Shown one piece after another: positions 35,487 to 45,475 of a DNA stretch of 64,000 bases. Location of the stretch: NCBI GenBank assembly GCA_024408105.1, contig JAKSVG010000004.1, positions 1,151 to 65,150 of the forward strand, read 5' to 3'. Each line of letters opens with the position of its first letter. The first letter of the stretch is position 1. Below the pieces are notes generated by a model that did no database searches, was not told the origin of the DNA, and saw only the letters and a list, made by a program, of their open reading frames with translations. The position numbers and the translations under genes were made by a program. Origin of the DNA: Bacilli bacterium. GTDB taxonomy: Bacteria > Bacillota_I > Bacilli_A > RFN20 > CAG-826.

Positions 35487-37480
35487 TGCCACCAGTAAAA
35501 ATAAGAGAACGTGGTCGTGCTAAAAAAGGCACAATGAAACGTTTGGTTAAAAAATTATTTCAATTATATCCTGGACGTTTAATATTTAATGCATTTTGTA
35601 TTGCATTTAACGTTTTTGCAAACCTCTGTTCATCAATTTTTGCAGGCCTAATCGCAGGTGTTTTGACAAAGGGAGTCTTAGAAAACGGAGGAGCATTTAA
35701 TGCTTTTGACATTACAAGGTTCTACGATGCTCAAGTTATGGGCAACAGTTTCACAATTCACGCAAATATTCCAATATTGCTTATAGCAATGGGCACTATT
35801 TATGGAGTTGGTGTTTTTGCTGCTTGGTGGTGGAATCGCTCAATGGCAATTGTCACCCAAAACTTTTTAAATCAATTCAGAATTACTATGTATAACCACA
35901 TGGAAGATTTACCTATTAAGTACTTTGACACGCACGCACACGGAGACATCATGTCATTATATACAAATGATATTGATACAATTCGTCAGTTTGTGTCGCA
36001 ATCACTTCCTGAATTCCTTAGAACTGGATTATCTGTTATTTTCTGTGTTACTTTAATGTTAATTAACTCTATCTGGATGACACTTGTAGTCTTCTTAGGT
36101 ACATTTGCGATGTTCTTAAATACAAAATATATAGGCGGTTATTCATCTCGTTATTTTATAAAACAACAAAAACAGGTTGGTGTTGTTGAAGGAAATATTG
36201 AAGAATCTATTAAAGGTTTAAAAGTAATTAAAGTATTCTCACATGAAGAAAAATCAAGCGAGGATTTTGATAAACTTAATGACACATTAGGTGAATATTC
36301 AACACAAGCAAATATTGCAGGAAATATTACGATGCCAATCAATGGTAATATAGGTAACTTTACCTATATCTTGACCGCTTTTATGGGATTTTTGATCTTC
36401 ATCATTCCTGGCTTTAACAATTTAACAATTGCCAAGGGTCTCGTAGATATGAACTTAAATATTGAAGCATTTAATTCCACTATTGTTGGATTCTTAATGA
36501 TGAATAGAATGTTTACTAATAACGTTTCTCAATTCTCTCAACAAATAACATTCATTGTTATGGGTATGGCCGGAGCTTCACGTTGCTTTGATTTACTCGA
36601 AGAAAAGAAAGAAGAAGATAACGGTTATGTTTATTTATGTAATATTAAATACAAAGATGATGGAACTTTCTATGAGACAAACGATCATACGAGATATTTT
36701 GCTTGGAAACACAAACATCATGATGGAACAATCGATTATAAAGAATTAAAAGGTGATATATTGTTAGACCATGTCGACTTTGGATATAATCCAGAAAAAA
36801 TGGTTTTACATGATGTCTCTATATATGCTCACCCAGGACAAAAAATTGCTTTCGTCGGAGCTACTGGAGCAGGTAAAACCACAATTACCAATTTAATCAA
36901 TAGATTCTATGACATAGCTGACGGCAAGATTCGATATGATGGAATCAATATTAATAAGATTAAAAAGTCAGACTTAAGAAAATCTCTAGGAATAGTTTTA
37001 CAAGACACAAATCTTTTCACAGGTACGATTATGGAAAATATTCGTTACGGAAGACTCGAAGCTAGCGACGAAGAAGTTTATGAAGCTGCAAAAATCGCAA
37101 ATGCTTATGACTTCATAACGAGAATGCCTGATGGCTTTAACACCCATATAAGTGGAGATGGGTCAAACTTATCGCAAGGTCAACGACAATTGATATCTAT
37201 TGCTCGTGCAGCAGTTGCGGATGCCCCTGTTATGATTTTAGATGAAGCTACTTCCTCCATTGATACAAGAACTGAAAAACTTGTTCAAGATGGTATGGAC
37301 AAATTAATGAAAGGCAGAACAGTATTTGTTATTGCTCACCGACTTTCAACAGTTCAAAATTCAGAAGCTATAATGGTTCTTGACCATGGCAAAATTATTG
37401 AAAGAGGTAGCCATGACGATTTGATTAAACAACGTGGCACTTACTATCAACTTTATACCGGAGCATTTGAATTAGAATAG
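35486..37480 (+). CDS. ABC exporter, fused permease/ATPase (heterodimer half 2, with extra linker insertion)
   Basis: 664 aa with Walker A GATGAGKTT, signature LSQGQRQ and Walker B MILDEATS. It has about 40 extra residues between the TMD and NBD relative to its partner. Confidence 0.9.
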   Translation: MPPVKIRERGRAKKGTMKRLVKKLFQLYPGRLIFNAFCIAFNVFANLCSSIFAGLIAGVLTKGVLENGGAFNAFDITRFYDAQVMGNSFTIHANIPILLIAMGTIYGVGVFAAWWWNRSMAIVTQNFLNQFRITMYNHMEDLPIKYFDTHAHGDIMSLYTNDIDTIRQFVSQSLPEFLRTGLSVIFCVTLMLINSIWMTLVVFLGTFAMFLNTKYIGGYSSRYFIKQQKQVGVVEGNIEESIKGLKVIKVFSHEEKSSEDFDKLNDTLGEYSTQANIAGNITMPINGNIGNFTYILTAFMGFLIFIIPGFNNLTIAKGLVDMNLNIEAFNSTIVGFLMMNRMFTNNVSQFSQQITFIVMGMAGASRCFDLLEEKKEEDNGYVYLCNIKYKDDGTFYETNDHTRYFAWKHKHHDGTIDYKELKGDILLDHVDFGYNPEKMVLHDVSIYAHPGQKIAFVGATGAGKTTITNLINRFYDIADGKIRYDGININKIKKSDLRKSLGIVLQDTNLFTGTIMENIRYGRLEASDEEVYEAAKIANAYDFITRMPDGFNTHISGDGSNLSQGQRQLISIARAAVADAPVMILDEATSSIDTRTEKLVQDGMDKLMKGRTVFVIAHRLSTVQNSEAIMVLDHGKIIERGSHDDLIKQRGTYYQLYTGAFELE

Positions 37481-37484
37481 TAAC

Positions 37485-37521
37485 AAAAAACCTGCATTTA
37501 TTCAAAATTTGCAGGTTTTTT
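37485..37521. terminator. Bidirectional rho-independent terminator between convergent genes
   Basis: AAAAAA-CCTGCA-loop-TGCAGG-TTTTTT (8-bp stem AACCTGCA/TGCAGGTT). Confidence 0.8.
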
Positions 37522-37522
37522 C

Positions 37523-37843
37523 TTATAATTCTGTGTACTTTTTGGCTTTTCCTTTAGACTTTTCTACAGGATATTTTTTCTCATTTTGATCCATCTTTGA
37601 ATTGATTATTTCGTCAACATCTAAACCGAGTTTATCTGCAAGATTTTGACAATTAACAATAACATCAGCTAGCTCTTCTTTAACTTTATCAATTTTGAAT
37701 TTTTCATTATCCCATTGAAAGCATTCAAGAAGTTCGTTTGCCTCGATAACAATAGTCTTAGCCAAATTATTTGGTGAATGAAATTGATCCCAATCTCTGT
37801 CGGATGTAAATTTTCTTATTCGTTTAATAGTTTGCTTTTTCAT
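37523..37843 (-). CDS. MazG-like nucleotide pyrophosphohydrolase (second paralogue)
   Basis: 106 aa: DRDWDQFHSPNNLAKTIVIEANELLECFQW ... ELADVIVN ... EKKYP. Confidence 0.75.
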   Translation of the reverse strand: MKKQTIKRIRKFTSDRDWDQFHSPNNLAKTIVIEANELLECFQWDNEKFKIDKVKEELADVIVNCQNLADKLGLDVDEIINSKMDQNEKKYPVEKSKGKAKKYTEL

Positions 37844-37883
37844 AACAAGAAAATGATATCACATTTTTTAATAACGATACCTA

Positions 37884-37892
37884 TGTTATAAT
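37884..37892 (+). promoter_or_regulatory. Extended -10 box TGTTATAAT 6 nt upstream of ATG 37899; no SD (leaderless candidate)
   Basis: ...CCTATGTTATAATAATGCCATG. This is the same 9-mer as at 9860-9868. Confidence 0.45.
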
Positions 37893-37898
37893 AATGCC

Positions 37899-39185
37899 AT
37901 GTTTACGAGTAAAGCAGTTATTATGGCTGGCGGACAAGGAACACGCCTAGGAAATTTAGTTCATGAGGTTCCTAAGCCAATGGTGCAAGTTAATAATGTA
38001 CCTATATTAGAAAGGCAAATTATCTCTTTAAAGAATTGTGGAATAAAAGATATTACTTTAGTAATTGGCTATCTAGGGCAAGTAATAAAAGACTATTTTA
38101 AAGACGGTAAAGACTTTGATGTAAATATAGACTATATTTTCGAAACTGAGCCATTAGGTTCTGCTGGTTCTTTATTTTATCTTAAAGATAAATTTAATGA
38201 TGACTTCATTCTTCTTTTTGGTGATTTAATTGAAAGCGTTGATTTTAATTCGATGATTAAGTTCCATAAAGAACATAATGCATTGATTACTTTATTTTCT
38301 CATCCGAATGCTCACCCATTTGATAGCGATCTTTTAATAGTAAATGAAAATAACGTAGTCTTAGGAATGGATTCTAAGCATAATATTAGAAATTATTATT
38401 ATCATAACTTAGTTAATGCGGGAATATATGTTCTATCTCCTGATTCTTTAGATTATTTTACTGAAGTAAAGAAAACTGATATGGAGAAAGACTTTATTAA
38501 GGCAATTATTCCAACTAACAGAGTATTTTCATATTGTTCTAGCGAATATGTTAAGGATGCTGGCACAATCGAAAGACTAAAAGCGGTCGGTGAAGATATT
38601 CATAACGGAATTGTTGATGGTAAAAACAAAATCAATCTTCAAAAAGCTATATTTCTTGATAGAGATGGGACAATAAATATACATCGCGGACATTTATCAG
38701 ATATAAATCAATTTGAACTTGTTGAAAACGCTGCTAAGGCAATTAAGTTAATTAATGAATCTGGATATCTTGCAATTGTAATAACAAATCAACCGGTTAT
38801 CTCGCGTGGTGATTTAACATTCGAAGGATTGGATGAAATACATAAAAAAATGGAAACACTTTTGGGAAAAGAAGGTGCTTACCTTGATGCAATATATTTC
38901 TGCCCACATTATCCAGAAAGCGGGTTCCCTAACGAAGTTAAAGAACTAAAAATTGAATGTGATTGTCGCAAGCCAAAGATCGGAATGCTATTAAAAGCTA
39001 AGGAAAGATTCAATATTGACTTAACTAAATCGTGGTTTGTCGGAGACGCAGATTTAGATATTCTATGTGGCCAAAACGGAGGTTGTAAAACAATTCTCAT
39101 TGACCAAGGAAAAGGAAAAGATTCAAAACCTGACTATAAAGTTAAAAATCTTTTAGAAGCTATTGAGGAAATAATGAAGCAATGA
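37899..39185 (+). CDS. Bifunctional sugar-1-phosphate nucleotidylyltransferase / D,D-heptose-1,7-bisphosphate-phosphatase-like HAD enzyme (HddC-GmhB-type fusion)
   Basis: The N-half has an NTP-transferase motif (IMAGGQGTRLG...EPLGSAGS). The C-half has GmhB-type HAD motifs (FLDRDGTIN, ITNQP, CPHYPE...CDCRKP zinc loop, VGDADLD). Confidence 0.7.
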   Translation: MFTSKAVIMAGGQGTRLGNLVHEVPKPMVQVNNVPILERQIISLKNCGIKDITLVIGYLGQVIKDYFKDGKDFDVNIDYIFETEPLGSAGSLFYLKDKFNDDFILLFGDLIESVDFNSMIKFHKEHNALITLFSHPNAHPFDSDLLIVNENNVVLGMDSKHNIRNYYYHNLVNAGIYVLSPDSLDYFTEVKKTDMEKDFIKAIIPTNRVFSYCSSEYVKDAGTIERLKAVGEDIHNGIVDGKNKINLQKAIFLDRDGTINIHRGHLSDINQFELVENAAKAIKLINESGYLAIVITNQPVISRGDLTFEGLDEIHKKMETLLGKEGAYLDAIYFCPHYPESGFPNEVKELKIECDCRKPKIGMLLKAKERFNIDLTKSWFVGDADLDILCGQNGGCKTILIDQGKGKDSKPDYKVKNLLEAIEEIMKQ

Positions 39186-40273
39186 AAATTTTATTACTTT
39201 GTGAAGCATCTTGGACTGTTGTTAGTTTTAGAAAAGAGCTAATCGAATTTTTAAAATCAAATAATCACGAAATATCTTTAATTATGGGAGATGACGAAAA
39301 GATTAATGAATTGTCTCCTTTATGTGATGTTCATGTTATTCCATTTAAAAATAGAGGAATCAATCCAATCAAACTATTAAAACTTAAAAAATCTTTTAGA
39401 AAAGAGATTGAAATAATTAAGCCGGATGTTGTCATGACATTCTTTATAAAACCTAACACTGTTGGAGTTAAAGCTGCTAAACAAGCAAAAGTGAAAAATA
39501 TTTTTCCTTTTGTCGAGGGGCTAGGCGATCCTTTCCAACCCGTATCGTTTAAAGGAAAAATCATAAAATTTGTTTGCTCGCATTTATATAAAAGTTCATT
39601 CAAGAAAGCTACAAATGTGTTTTTCTTAAATAATGATGATAAAGAATTCTTCATAAATGAAGGAATTGTCAAAAAGGATAAAAGCGTCCTTATAAAAGGA
39701 ATTGGCATTGATACTTCTTCTTTTGTTGTTAGTCCATTACCAAAAAATAACAATGTTCTTCTTATGGCAAGATTAATTGAAAAGAAAGGCATAGTAGACT
39801 TTGCTAAAGCAGCAAGAATTGTAAAAAAAGAAGTGCCAGATGCTAAATTTACATTAATTGGAAAAGAAGCTGAAATAACAAAATTGGATTTAAAAGAATA
39901 TATCGATGATGGAAGCATCATTTATGACGGAGTGCAAAGCGATGTTAAAAAATATATCAATAATTCCAAAATTGTAGTACTACCTTCATATTATCGAGAG
40001 GGATTGCCGCGTTCTTTATTAGAAGCTATATCAATAGGTAGGCCTGTTATAGGATACAAAAATGTCGGAACAAACGATGTGATTGATGATGGGGTAAATG
40101 GATATCTTGTTAAATCACGCGATATTGAAGCATTTGCTAATGCAATAATAAAAGTGTTAAAGGATGAACAATTAGCGTCAAAAATGGCCGCAAAATCACG
40201 AGAAATTGCAGTTAACACGTTTGATTCAAAAATAATAAACAATCAAATCCTTGAAACAATAAAAGGCAACTGA
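39182..40273 (+). CDS. Glycosyltransferase family 4
   Basis: 363 aa with a GT-B fold pattern and REGLPRSLLEAISIGRPVIG (E-x7-E region). Overlaps the upstream gene by 4 nt. Confidence 0.8.
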   Translation: MKILLLCEASWTVVSFRKELIEFLKSNNHEISLIMGDDEKINELSPLCDVHVIPFKNRGINPIKLLKLKKSFRKEIEIIKPDVVMTFFIKPNTVGVKAAKQAKVKNIFPFVEGLGDPFQPVSFKGKIIKFVCSHLYKSSFKKATNVFFLNNDDKEFFINEGIVKKDKSVLIKGIGIDTSSFVVSPLPKNNNVLLMARLIEKKGIVDFAKAARIVKKEVPDAKFTLIGKEAEITKLDLKEYIDDGSIIYDGVQSDVKKYINNSKIVVLPSYYREGLPRSLLEAISIGRPVIGYKNVGTNDVIDDGVNGYLVKSRDIEAFANAIIKVLKDEQLASKMAAKSREIAVNTFDSKIINNQILETIKGN

Positions 40274-40299
40274 TCAAAACCAGTTGCCTTTGCTTTTTT
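40262..40299 (+). terminator. Rho-independent terminator
   Basis: 11-bp stem AAAGGCAACTG / CAGTTGCCTTT with an 8-nt loop, followed by GCTTTTTT. The stop codon lies in the 5' arm. Confidence 0.85.
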
Positions 40300-40308
40300 A
40301 ATTACTAA

Positions 40309-41733
40309 TTATTTTTCTTCTTCTTTATTAAGTTTAGAAATATAAACACCTGAGACAACAAGAGTTGAAACAATAAAGCATAGGACAACACCAACAATTG
40401 CGCCGACACCTGAGAACACATGTCCTTCGGTGACAGCAATACCAGACGTGTACATAGCAACTTTGTTTTTCGCATTATTGTTTATATAACTATAATACTT
40501 TGAAGCAGCTTTTCTTTCAGTTTCAATATCAGTCTTAATAGAAGCGATTTTTTGTTTAAATGAATCACATTTACTTACCCAATTAGAATCCATTGTAGTA
40601 ATTGCTTGGATTGCTCCATTTAATGATGGATTATAAGCAATTGAATCAACATTGTCTTTAGTGATTGATGTTGGAACATCATAGCCTAAGAATTTTAGTT
40701 CATTACCAAGATTACTAATTTGTAATTGAGTAGATGAAACTTTTTCTGTTAATTCAACAATTAACTTGCTTACTTCAGAATCTGATTCAACAATTATTTG
40801 AGAACTTAAAAGATCATTTAATGAATTTTGATATGCTTCTAATTGATTTAATAGGAGTCGAATATTTTCAATATATCCATCGCCAGTTGCTTTTAATGAT
40901 TCAACAGTCTCAACAGTGTAATCAACAATTTTATTCTTAGCTAGTTCACCTTGTAATGTTGATATGATTGTTCCGCTTTTATCAGCAAACTTATCAACAA
41001 ATGCATTATGGGCTTCACCAAGAGTTAATGTTTCACTAACTTTAGTGGAATAGGCAAATTCCTTTTGAAGACTACTATATGTATCAAGAATTGCTTCATA
41101 TTGATTAGAAAGTTGTGAAACAAGTTGTGAATATGAAATATTCGTACTTGCTGAAACGCAATTTTCAATTTGGAATTTATTATTTGCTTCTTGTGCAAGC
41201 AATCTTGTGCGATCGATTAGAGCATAAATAAAATCTTTTCCTTGTGACTCGCTACTAAACGCTCTTTTTGAAGCCACTATTGTGTATCTAGCTGGGCTAA
41301 CATATACAGTTTGTCCAGTTTGAGAATTTGTATAAGATTGTTTTGAAATAGAAATAGAGCCATTTTGATATAAAGACTCAATATTTAATGTACCAAACTT
41401 ATCGGGATTGGATGCTTTAACGCTTTCCATGCTTTCCTTAGAGACTATATCAGTGAAGCTAAACACTGTGCTGTCAGCAAAATATTCTCTGCCAGAGTTA
41501 TCAATTGGTCTACCAGATTCATCAAGTTTTTCAGATATATTAATGTCATATCCAAATGTTGAAACCAGTTTTTCTCTTGGAGGATTAATCACAAAAGAGA
41601 AAACAAGATATCCAGCAACTAATCCTACTACGGATGCGCCAATAACCCACCATTTATATCTAGCAATTGATTTACCAATGTTACGTAATGTAAATTTAGA
41701 TTCATATTTATCATTTAAAGTAGTATCTTTCAT
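40309..41733 (-). CDS. Polysaccharide co-polymerase (Wzz-like chain-length determinant) candidate
   Basis: 474 aa with PCP topology: an N-terminal TM (YKWWVIGASVVGLVAGYLVFSFVI), a long helical/coiled extracytoplasmic region and a C-terminal TM. The call rests on topology and context, not strong motifs. Confidence 0.45.
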   Translation of the reverse strand: MKDTTLNDKYESKFTLRNIGKSIARYKWWVIGASVVGLVAGYLVFSFVINPPREKLVSTFGYDINISEKLDESGRPIDNSGREYFADSTVFSFTDIVSKESMESVKASNPDKFGTLNIESLYQNGSISISKQSYTNSQTGQTVYVSPARYTIVASKRAFSSESQGKDFIYALIDRTRLLAQEANNKFQIENCVSASTNISYSQLVSQLSNQYEAILDTYSSLQKEFAYSTKVSETLTLGEAHNAFVDKFADKSGTIISTLQGELAKNKIVDYTVETVESLKATGDGYIENIRLLLNQLEAYQNSLNDLLSSQIIVESDSEVSKLIVELTEKVSSTQLQISNLGNELKFLGYDVPTSITKDNVDSIAYNPSLNGAIQAITTMDSNWVSKCDSFKQKIASIKTDIETERKAASKYYSYINNNAKNKVAMYTSGIAVTEGHVFSGVGAIVGVVLCFIVSTLVVSGVYISKLNKEEEK

Positions 41734-41787
41734 ATTTTTGACCTCGCTAATTAAAATAGCACAAATTATTGTAAAAATAAAATATGC

Positions 41788-43602
41788 TTATTGTTTGCTA
41801 TAAATGTTATCAATTTTGTTAAATGCACTATTCTTCTTTTTATCAACGACAGAAAGAAATGAATTCAATTCATCGCTTAAAGGATTATTTATAAGTGACG
41901 TGCAAAGTAAAATAATTAGTAATGGAATAATAAAACTCATAAGCAATAAAGCAACAGAAGCAATGTTAAACAAAGAAACTAAAAATCCGAATAAACCAGT
42001 AAATAAAATTGCACTAATAAAATATATATATTGTTTATAAAACAATTTTAATGATTTTTTAATCAATAATTGGATTAAAGGAATAGAAATAATAATAGCA
42101 AAAATTCCAAGTCCTATTAAACTCATTAATAAATGTTGATCAACAAAGAAAACTCTAATAAACATAACTGGACCAATCGCAATTATAGATAGCAAAAAAT
42201 AAGGCATATTTTTATAGGATTTTTCTATAACTTTTTCAGTAGTTTCTTCATGAATATACCCAAGAGAAAGAACTGGAACAAACACCAAAGCATTCAAGCA
42301 AAAATATTCCATGGTTGATGTAAATATAGGGGTAATTCCTTCAACCATCATATATATAGCCATGATGACAAAAAGCGATAAAGATAAGAAAACAACACCC
42401 TTATTTTTCTTAAAGTATTTGACTGCTTTTATTATAAATAACACAACAATTGTAACGATTAATAACAAATATAAAATTCCACCTTCGCCAAGTGCTTGCA
42501 AGTAACCGTTATGTGCTTGGTCGGTATATATTGTTCCACCGCCTGGATCAGCATAATTATAAGTTCTTAACATTGCAGTAAATGTTCCATATCCCAATCC
42601 AGTGAACCAATTTGATGCATTAAGAATTTTAACTACATTACCCCAAATAAATGTTCTCTCGTTCATAGAGAATTTACCAACACCAAATAAAGCCTCATTA
42701 ATAAGGTTTCTAGTGTTTGGAATAACGAAGAGAACTGTAACTACAATAGCAATTGTTCCTAATGATACTGATAAAGCAATTAGATTTCTATTTTTGTTCT
42801 TTTTATATGTGTAGAAAAATAAAAATACAAAATAGCACGCGATGAAAAATAACGATAAAATTAAAGCTGCTTTGCATGAAGTAAATAAGAGTTCAATATA
42901 AACAAAAGGAAGTAAAATTAATGGCCATTTCCTTTTGGTTAGAAAACTTAAATATATAACCCCAACGATGAGTAGAAATAAAATCACACCGAAACTATTT
43001 TTATTTGGAAACACAGAATGAACAGAATTTAAATACACCTGTTCCATGTTGTGGTCGATTAAAGCTTTAATGAAATTAACATATGATTCTCTTTCGACAA
43101 TAAGGCTATAAATGATAAGCATAATTAAAATTGCTATGCCAAGATAAATGTAGAAAATCATATTTTTAATTTTTACTACTTGAGGCATGACATTAATAAG
43201 AATGTATCCAAGGAGTAGAACAAAGAAAAATCTAATAATAAAAGACGCTCTATCAGACATTTCAACTGAAAAAGTAACATCCCAATATTCTCCATGTAAA
43301 CCCAAAATATTTAGGTTTTGGGGTGATTTAATTACCAATGTCATCACTAAAGAAACAATAAAGACTATGGAAAGAGCAAATAAGAAAACGGGACGAAATC
43401 TAATTTCATTTCTTCGAATAACTAAAAATGAACCGATACTAATTAACGCAATTGAACCAGCAAATATTTGTTCTACTAATGTCAAACTTTGAGACATGTT
43501 GACATTAAATAATGCGATATTTGTTGTTACAAATAGGCTAGCAATAATTGAAAGCAAAACAAGAAGAACATCAATATGCTTAAATTTGCTTAATAATTTC
43601 AT
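41788..43602 (-). CDS. O-antigen ligase/polymerase family (Wzy_C-type) polytopic membrane protein, long form
   Basis: 604 aa. RTFIWGN... and DQAHNGYLQALGEGGILYLLL blocks. An extra C-terminal multi-TM extension relative to the paralogue at 30688-32073. Confidence 0.65.
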   Translation of the reverse strand: MKLLSKFKHIDVLLVLLSIIASLFVTTNIALFNVNMSQSLTLVEQIFAGSIALISIGSFLVIRRNEIRFRPVFLFALSIVFIVSLVMTLVIKSPQNLNILGLHGEYWDVTFSVEMSDRASFIIRFFFVLLLGYILINVMPQVVKIKNMIFYIYLGIAILIMLIIYSLIVERESYVNFIKALIDHNMEQVYLNSVHSVFPNKNSFGVILFLLIVGVIYLSFLTKRKWPLILLPFVYIELLFTSCKAALILSLFFIACYFVFLFFYTYKKNKNRNLIALSVSLGTIAIVVTVLFVIPNTRNLINEALFGVGKFSMNERTFIWGNVVKILNASNWFTGLGYGTFTAMLRTYNYADPGGGTIYTDQAHNGYLQALGEGGILYLLLIVTIVVLFIIKAVKYFKKNKGVVFLSLSLFVIMAIYMMVEGITPIFTSTMEYFCLNALVFVPVLSLGYIHEETTEKVIEKSYKNMPYFLLSIIAIGPVMFIRVFFVDQHLLMSLIGLGIFAIIISIPLIQLLIKKSLKLFYKQYIYFISAILFTGLFGFLVSLFNIASVALLLMSFIIPLLIILLCTSLINNPLSDELNSFLSVVDKKKNSAFNKIDNIYSKQ

Positions 43603-43609
43603 AAAATGA

Positions 43610-43615
43610 ATTATA
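43610..43615 (-). promoter_or_regulatory. -10 box (TATAAT) 7 nt upstream of ATG 43602; no SD (leaderless candidate)
   Basis: Minus strand ...TTGATATATAATTCATTTTATG. Confidence 0.35.
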
Positions 43616-43649
43616 TATCAAAACAAAATATTTGTTCAAATCAAAGATA

Positions 43650-43658
43650 TGATATAAT
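43650..43658 (+). promoter_or_regulatory. Extended -10 box TGATATAAT, 15 nt upstream of ATG 43674
   Basis: ...AAGATATGATATAATCAATTTGTTTCGATTATG. A very short leader without an obvious SD. Confidence 0.4.
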
Positions 43659-43673
43659 CAATTTGTTTCGATT

Positions 43674-44300
43674 ATGGAATACAAACTAAAAGGTCACCAA
43701 AAAGTATACTTAGTTGTAAAAAGACTACTCGATATCATCTTTTCCTTTATTGGAATATGTTTCTTAAGTTGGGTTTATATCATCTTAATTATCCTTCAAT
43801 TAATTTTTAACCGTGGCCCAGTATTTTTTGTTCAAACAAGAGTAGGTAGAAAAGGTAAAAATTTTAAGCTTATTAAATTTAGATCAATGTCGAAAAATGT
43901 TAATCACGAAATGACAAGTGACGAAATAGGCGATATTAATAATTACACAAATAAATTTGGCCATTTCTTAAGAAAGTTTTCGCTTGATGAACTACCACAA
44001 TTTTTCAACATTTTTGTCGGCCAAATGTCATTTCTTGGTCCTAGACCTCTTATTGATAAAGGAAGAGATTCAGAAACAATTAAAATCAGGAGAGAAAATG
44101 GATCAATTAACCTTAGACCAGGTTTATCAGGTTTAGCGCAAATATCAGGAAGAGTTAACCTTGACGCAATCAAAAAAGGCGAAATTGATGGAGAATACTA
44201 TAAAAATTTCTCTATGCTAATGGATATAAAAATTATTTTCAAAACATTATTAAAAGTCGTACGTTCAGAAGATTACGAAAAAACAGAAGAAAAAAAATAA
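43674..44300 (+). CDS. Initiating phosphoglycosyl transferase (small monotopic PglC/WbaP-C-terminal type, Bac_transf family)
   Basis: 208 aa: KRLLDIIFSFIGICFL...GPVFFVQTRVGRKGKNFKLIKFRSM...DELPQFFNIFVGQMSFLGPRP. Confidence 0.85.
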   Translation: MEYKLKGHQKVYLVVKRLLDIIFSFIGICFLSWVYIILIILQLIFNRGPVFFVQTRVGRKGKNFKLIKFRSMSKNVNHEMTSDEIGDINNYTNKFGHFLRKFSLDELPQFFNIFVGQMSFLGPRPLIDKGRDSETIKIRRENGSINLRPGLSGLAQISGRVNLDAIKKGEIDGEYYKNFSMLMDIKIIFKTLLKVVRSEDYEKTEEKK

Positions 44301-44329
44301 GCAACCGATTCAAACAGTTGCTTATTTTT
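44291..44329. terminator. Bidirectional terminator between convergent genes
   Basis: An A-run, then AAGCAAC-11 nt loop-GTTGCTT, then ATTTTT. Readable on both strands. Confidence 0.6.
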
Positions 44330-44330
44330 C

Positions 44331-45461
44331 TTATTTAACGAATTCGTTAACGTGTTCGATAATTTCTTTTACTTCTTCATCTGTTAACCACATATGAAGT
44401 GGAAGGGTAATAAGATGTTCGCTTATCTCGTGCGCTCTTGGGCATGTGCCTTGCGCGTACTTATACATTGAATATTCAGTATTATCACGATAATGAACGC
44501 CACAGTTGATTCCGAGTTTTGACATCTGGTCAAGAAGTTTTTCTCTATCAGGAACTGCTAGTTCGAATAAGTGATACGAACATTCATCAGGATAGTTTGC
44601 TGGGACAATATGAATCTTTGGATTATTTTTTAATCCTTCAGTATACATTTTGACAATTTCTCTTCTACGAGCATTTTCTTCATCTAGATATTTAAGTTGA
44701 ACCAATCCGATAGCGGCCATAATCGCATTGCCATTATATTTATAGCCAAGATAATCAACGTCGTATTTCCAAGCATATGTACCTTTGTTACTTCTTGCAT
44801 ATGTATCTTTATTGATACCTAGCCAAGCAATTTGTCTAGAAAGTTTATCGCCTTCTTCAAAGTTCCAACAAATCATACCTGAATCGCCAGTAGGTAGATT
44901 CTTAACAGCTTGATATGAATAAACTGTAACATCTATGCCTTCTTTTGTTCCTGGCACAATTCCGTTAACACGCGTGCCAGACATATGAGCAGCATCGAGA
45001 ATTAATTTAAGGTTATTTTCTTTGCAAATCTTGATTATCTCATCTAATTTTCCGACTCTACCACCATAACCAACAAATATAATTGCTCTTGTCTTTTTGG
45101 TTATTTTCTTTTTAACGTCTTCAGGGTCTAAACAAAGATATTCATCAACATCTGCGAAGACCGGTTTCATGTTTTCATATAGGATTGCATGGTTTGTCGA
45201 AACAAATGTTATTGGTGTAGAAATAATTTCATCACCATCAGACCAATGGTTCAACATTTTCAATATATTAACAGCAAGGTGAAGGCCGACAGTATTACTG
45301 TTTATATAATATGCATATTTATGGGATGTATATTTTTTCCAAGCCTCCTCGAACTCAACTGTTTTAAAACCCATGCCAGTCCAGCCTTTTTCAAGACATT
45401 CTCTAATTTCGCTAAGACATTCTTCAACATGGAATTTAGGTTTTAATACTTGTGTTTGCAT
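44331..45461 (-). CDS. DegT/DnrJ/EryC1-family PLP-dependent sugar aminotransferase
   Basis: 376 aa. A PLP-lysine region YSYQAVKNLPTGDSGM. Last gene of the rfb-containing operon. Confidence 0.8.
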   Translation of the reverse strand: MQTQVLKPKFHVEECLSEIRECLEKGWTGMGFKTVEFEEAWKKYTSHKYAYYINSNTVGLHLAVNILKMLNHWSDGDEIISTPITFVSTNHAILYENMKPVFADVDEYLCLDPEDVKKKITKKTRAIIFVGYGGRVGKLDEIIKICKENNLKLILDAAHMSGTRVNGIVPGTKEGIDVTVYSYQAVKNLPTGDSGMICWNFEEGDKLSRQIAWLGINKDTYARSNKGTYAWKYDVDYLGYKYNGNAIMAAIGLVQLKYLDEENARRREIVKMYTEGLKNNPKIHIVPANYPDECSYHLFELAVPDREKLLDQMSKLGINCGVHYRDNTEYSMYKYAQGTCPRAHEISEHLITLPLHMWLTDEEVKEIIEHVNEFVK

Positions 45462-45475
45462 TTTAATTGCTCCTA

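Noticed and set aside
39331-39921. 196-aa minus-strand ORF opposite the GT4 gene (also 39991-40242, 41408-41803, 43187-43492, 51104-51688 opposite other locus genes)
   Set aside because: These are shadow ORFs in AT-rich DNA overlapping genes with clear family motifs on the other strand. No independent start signals.
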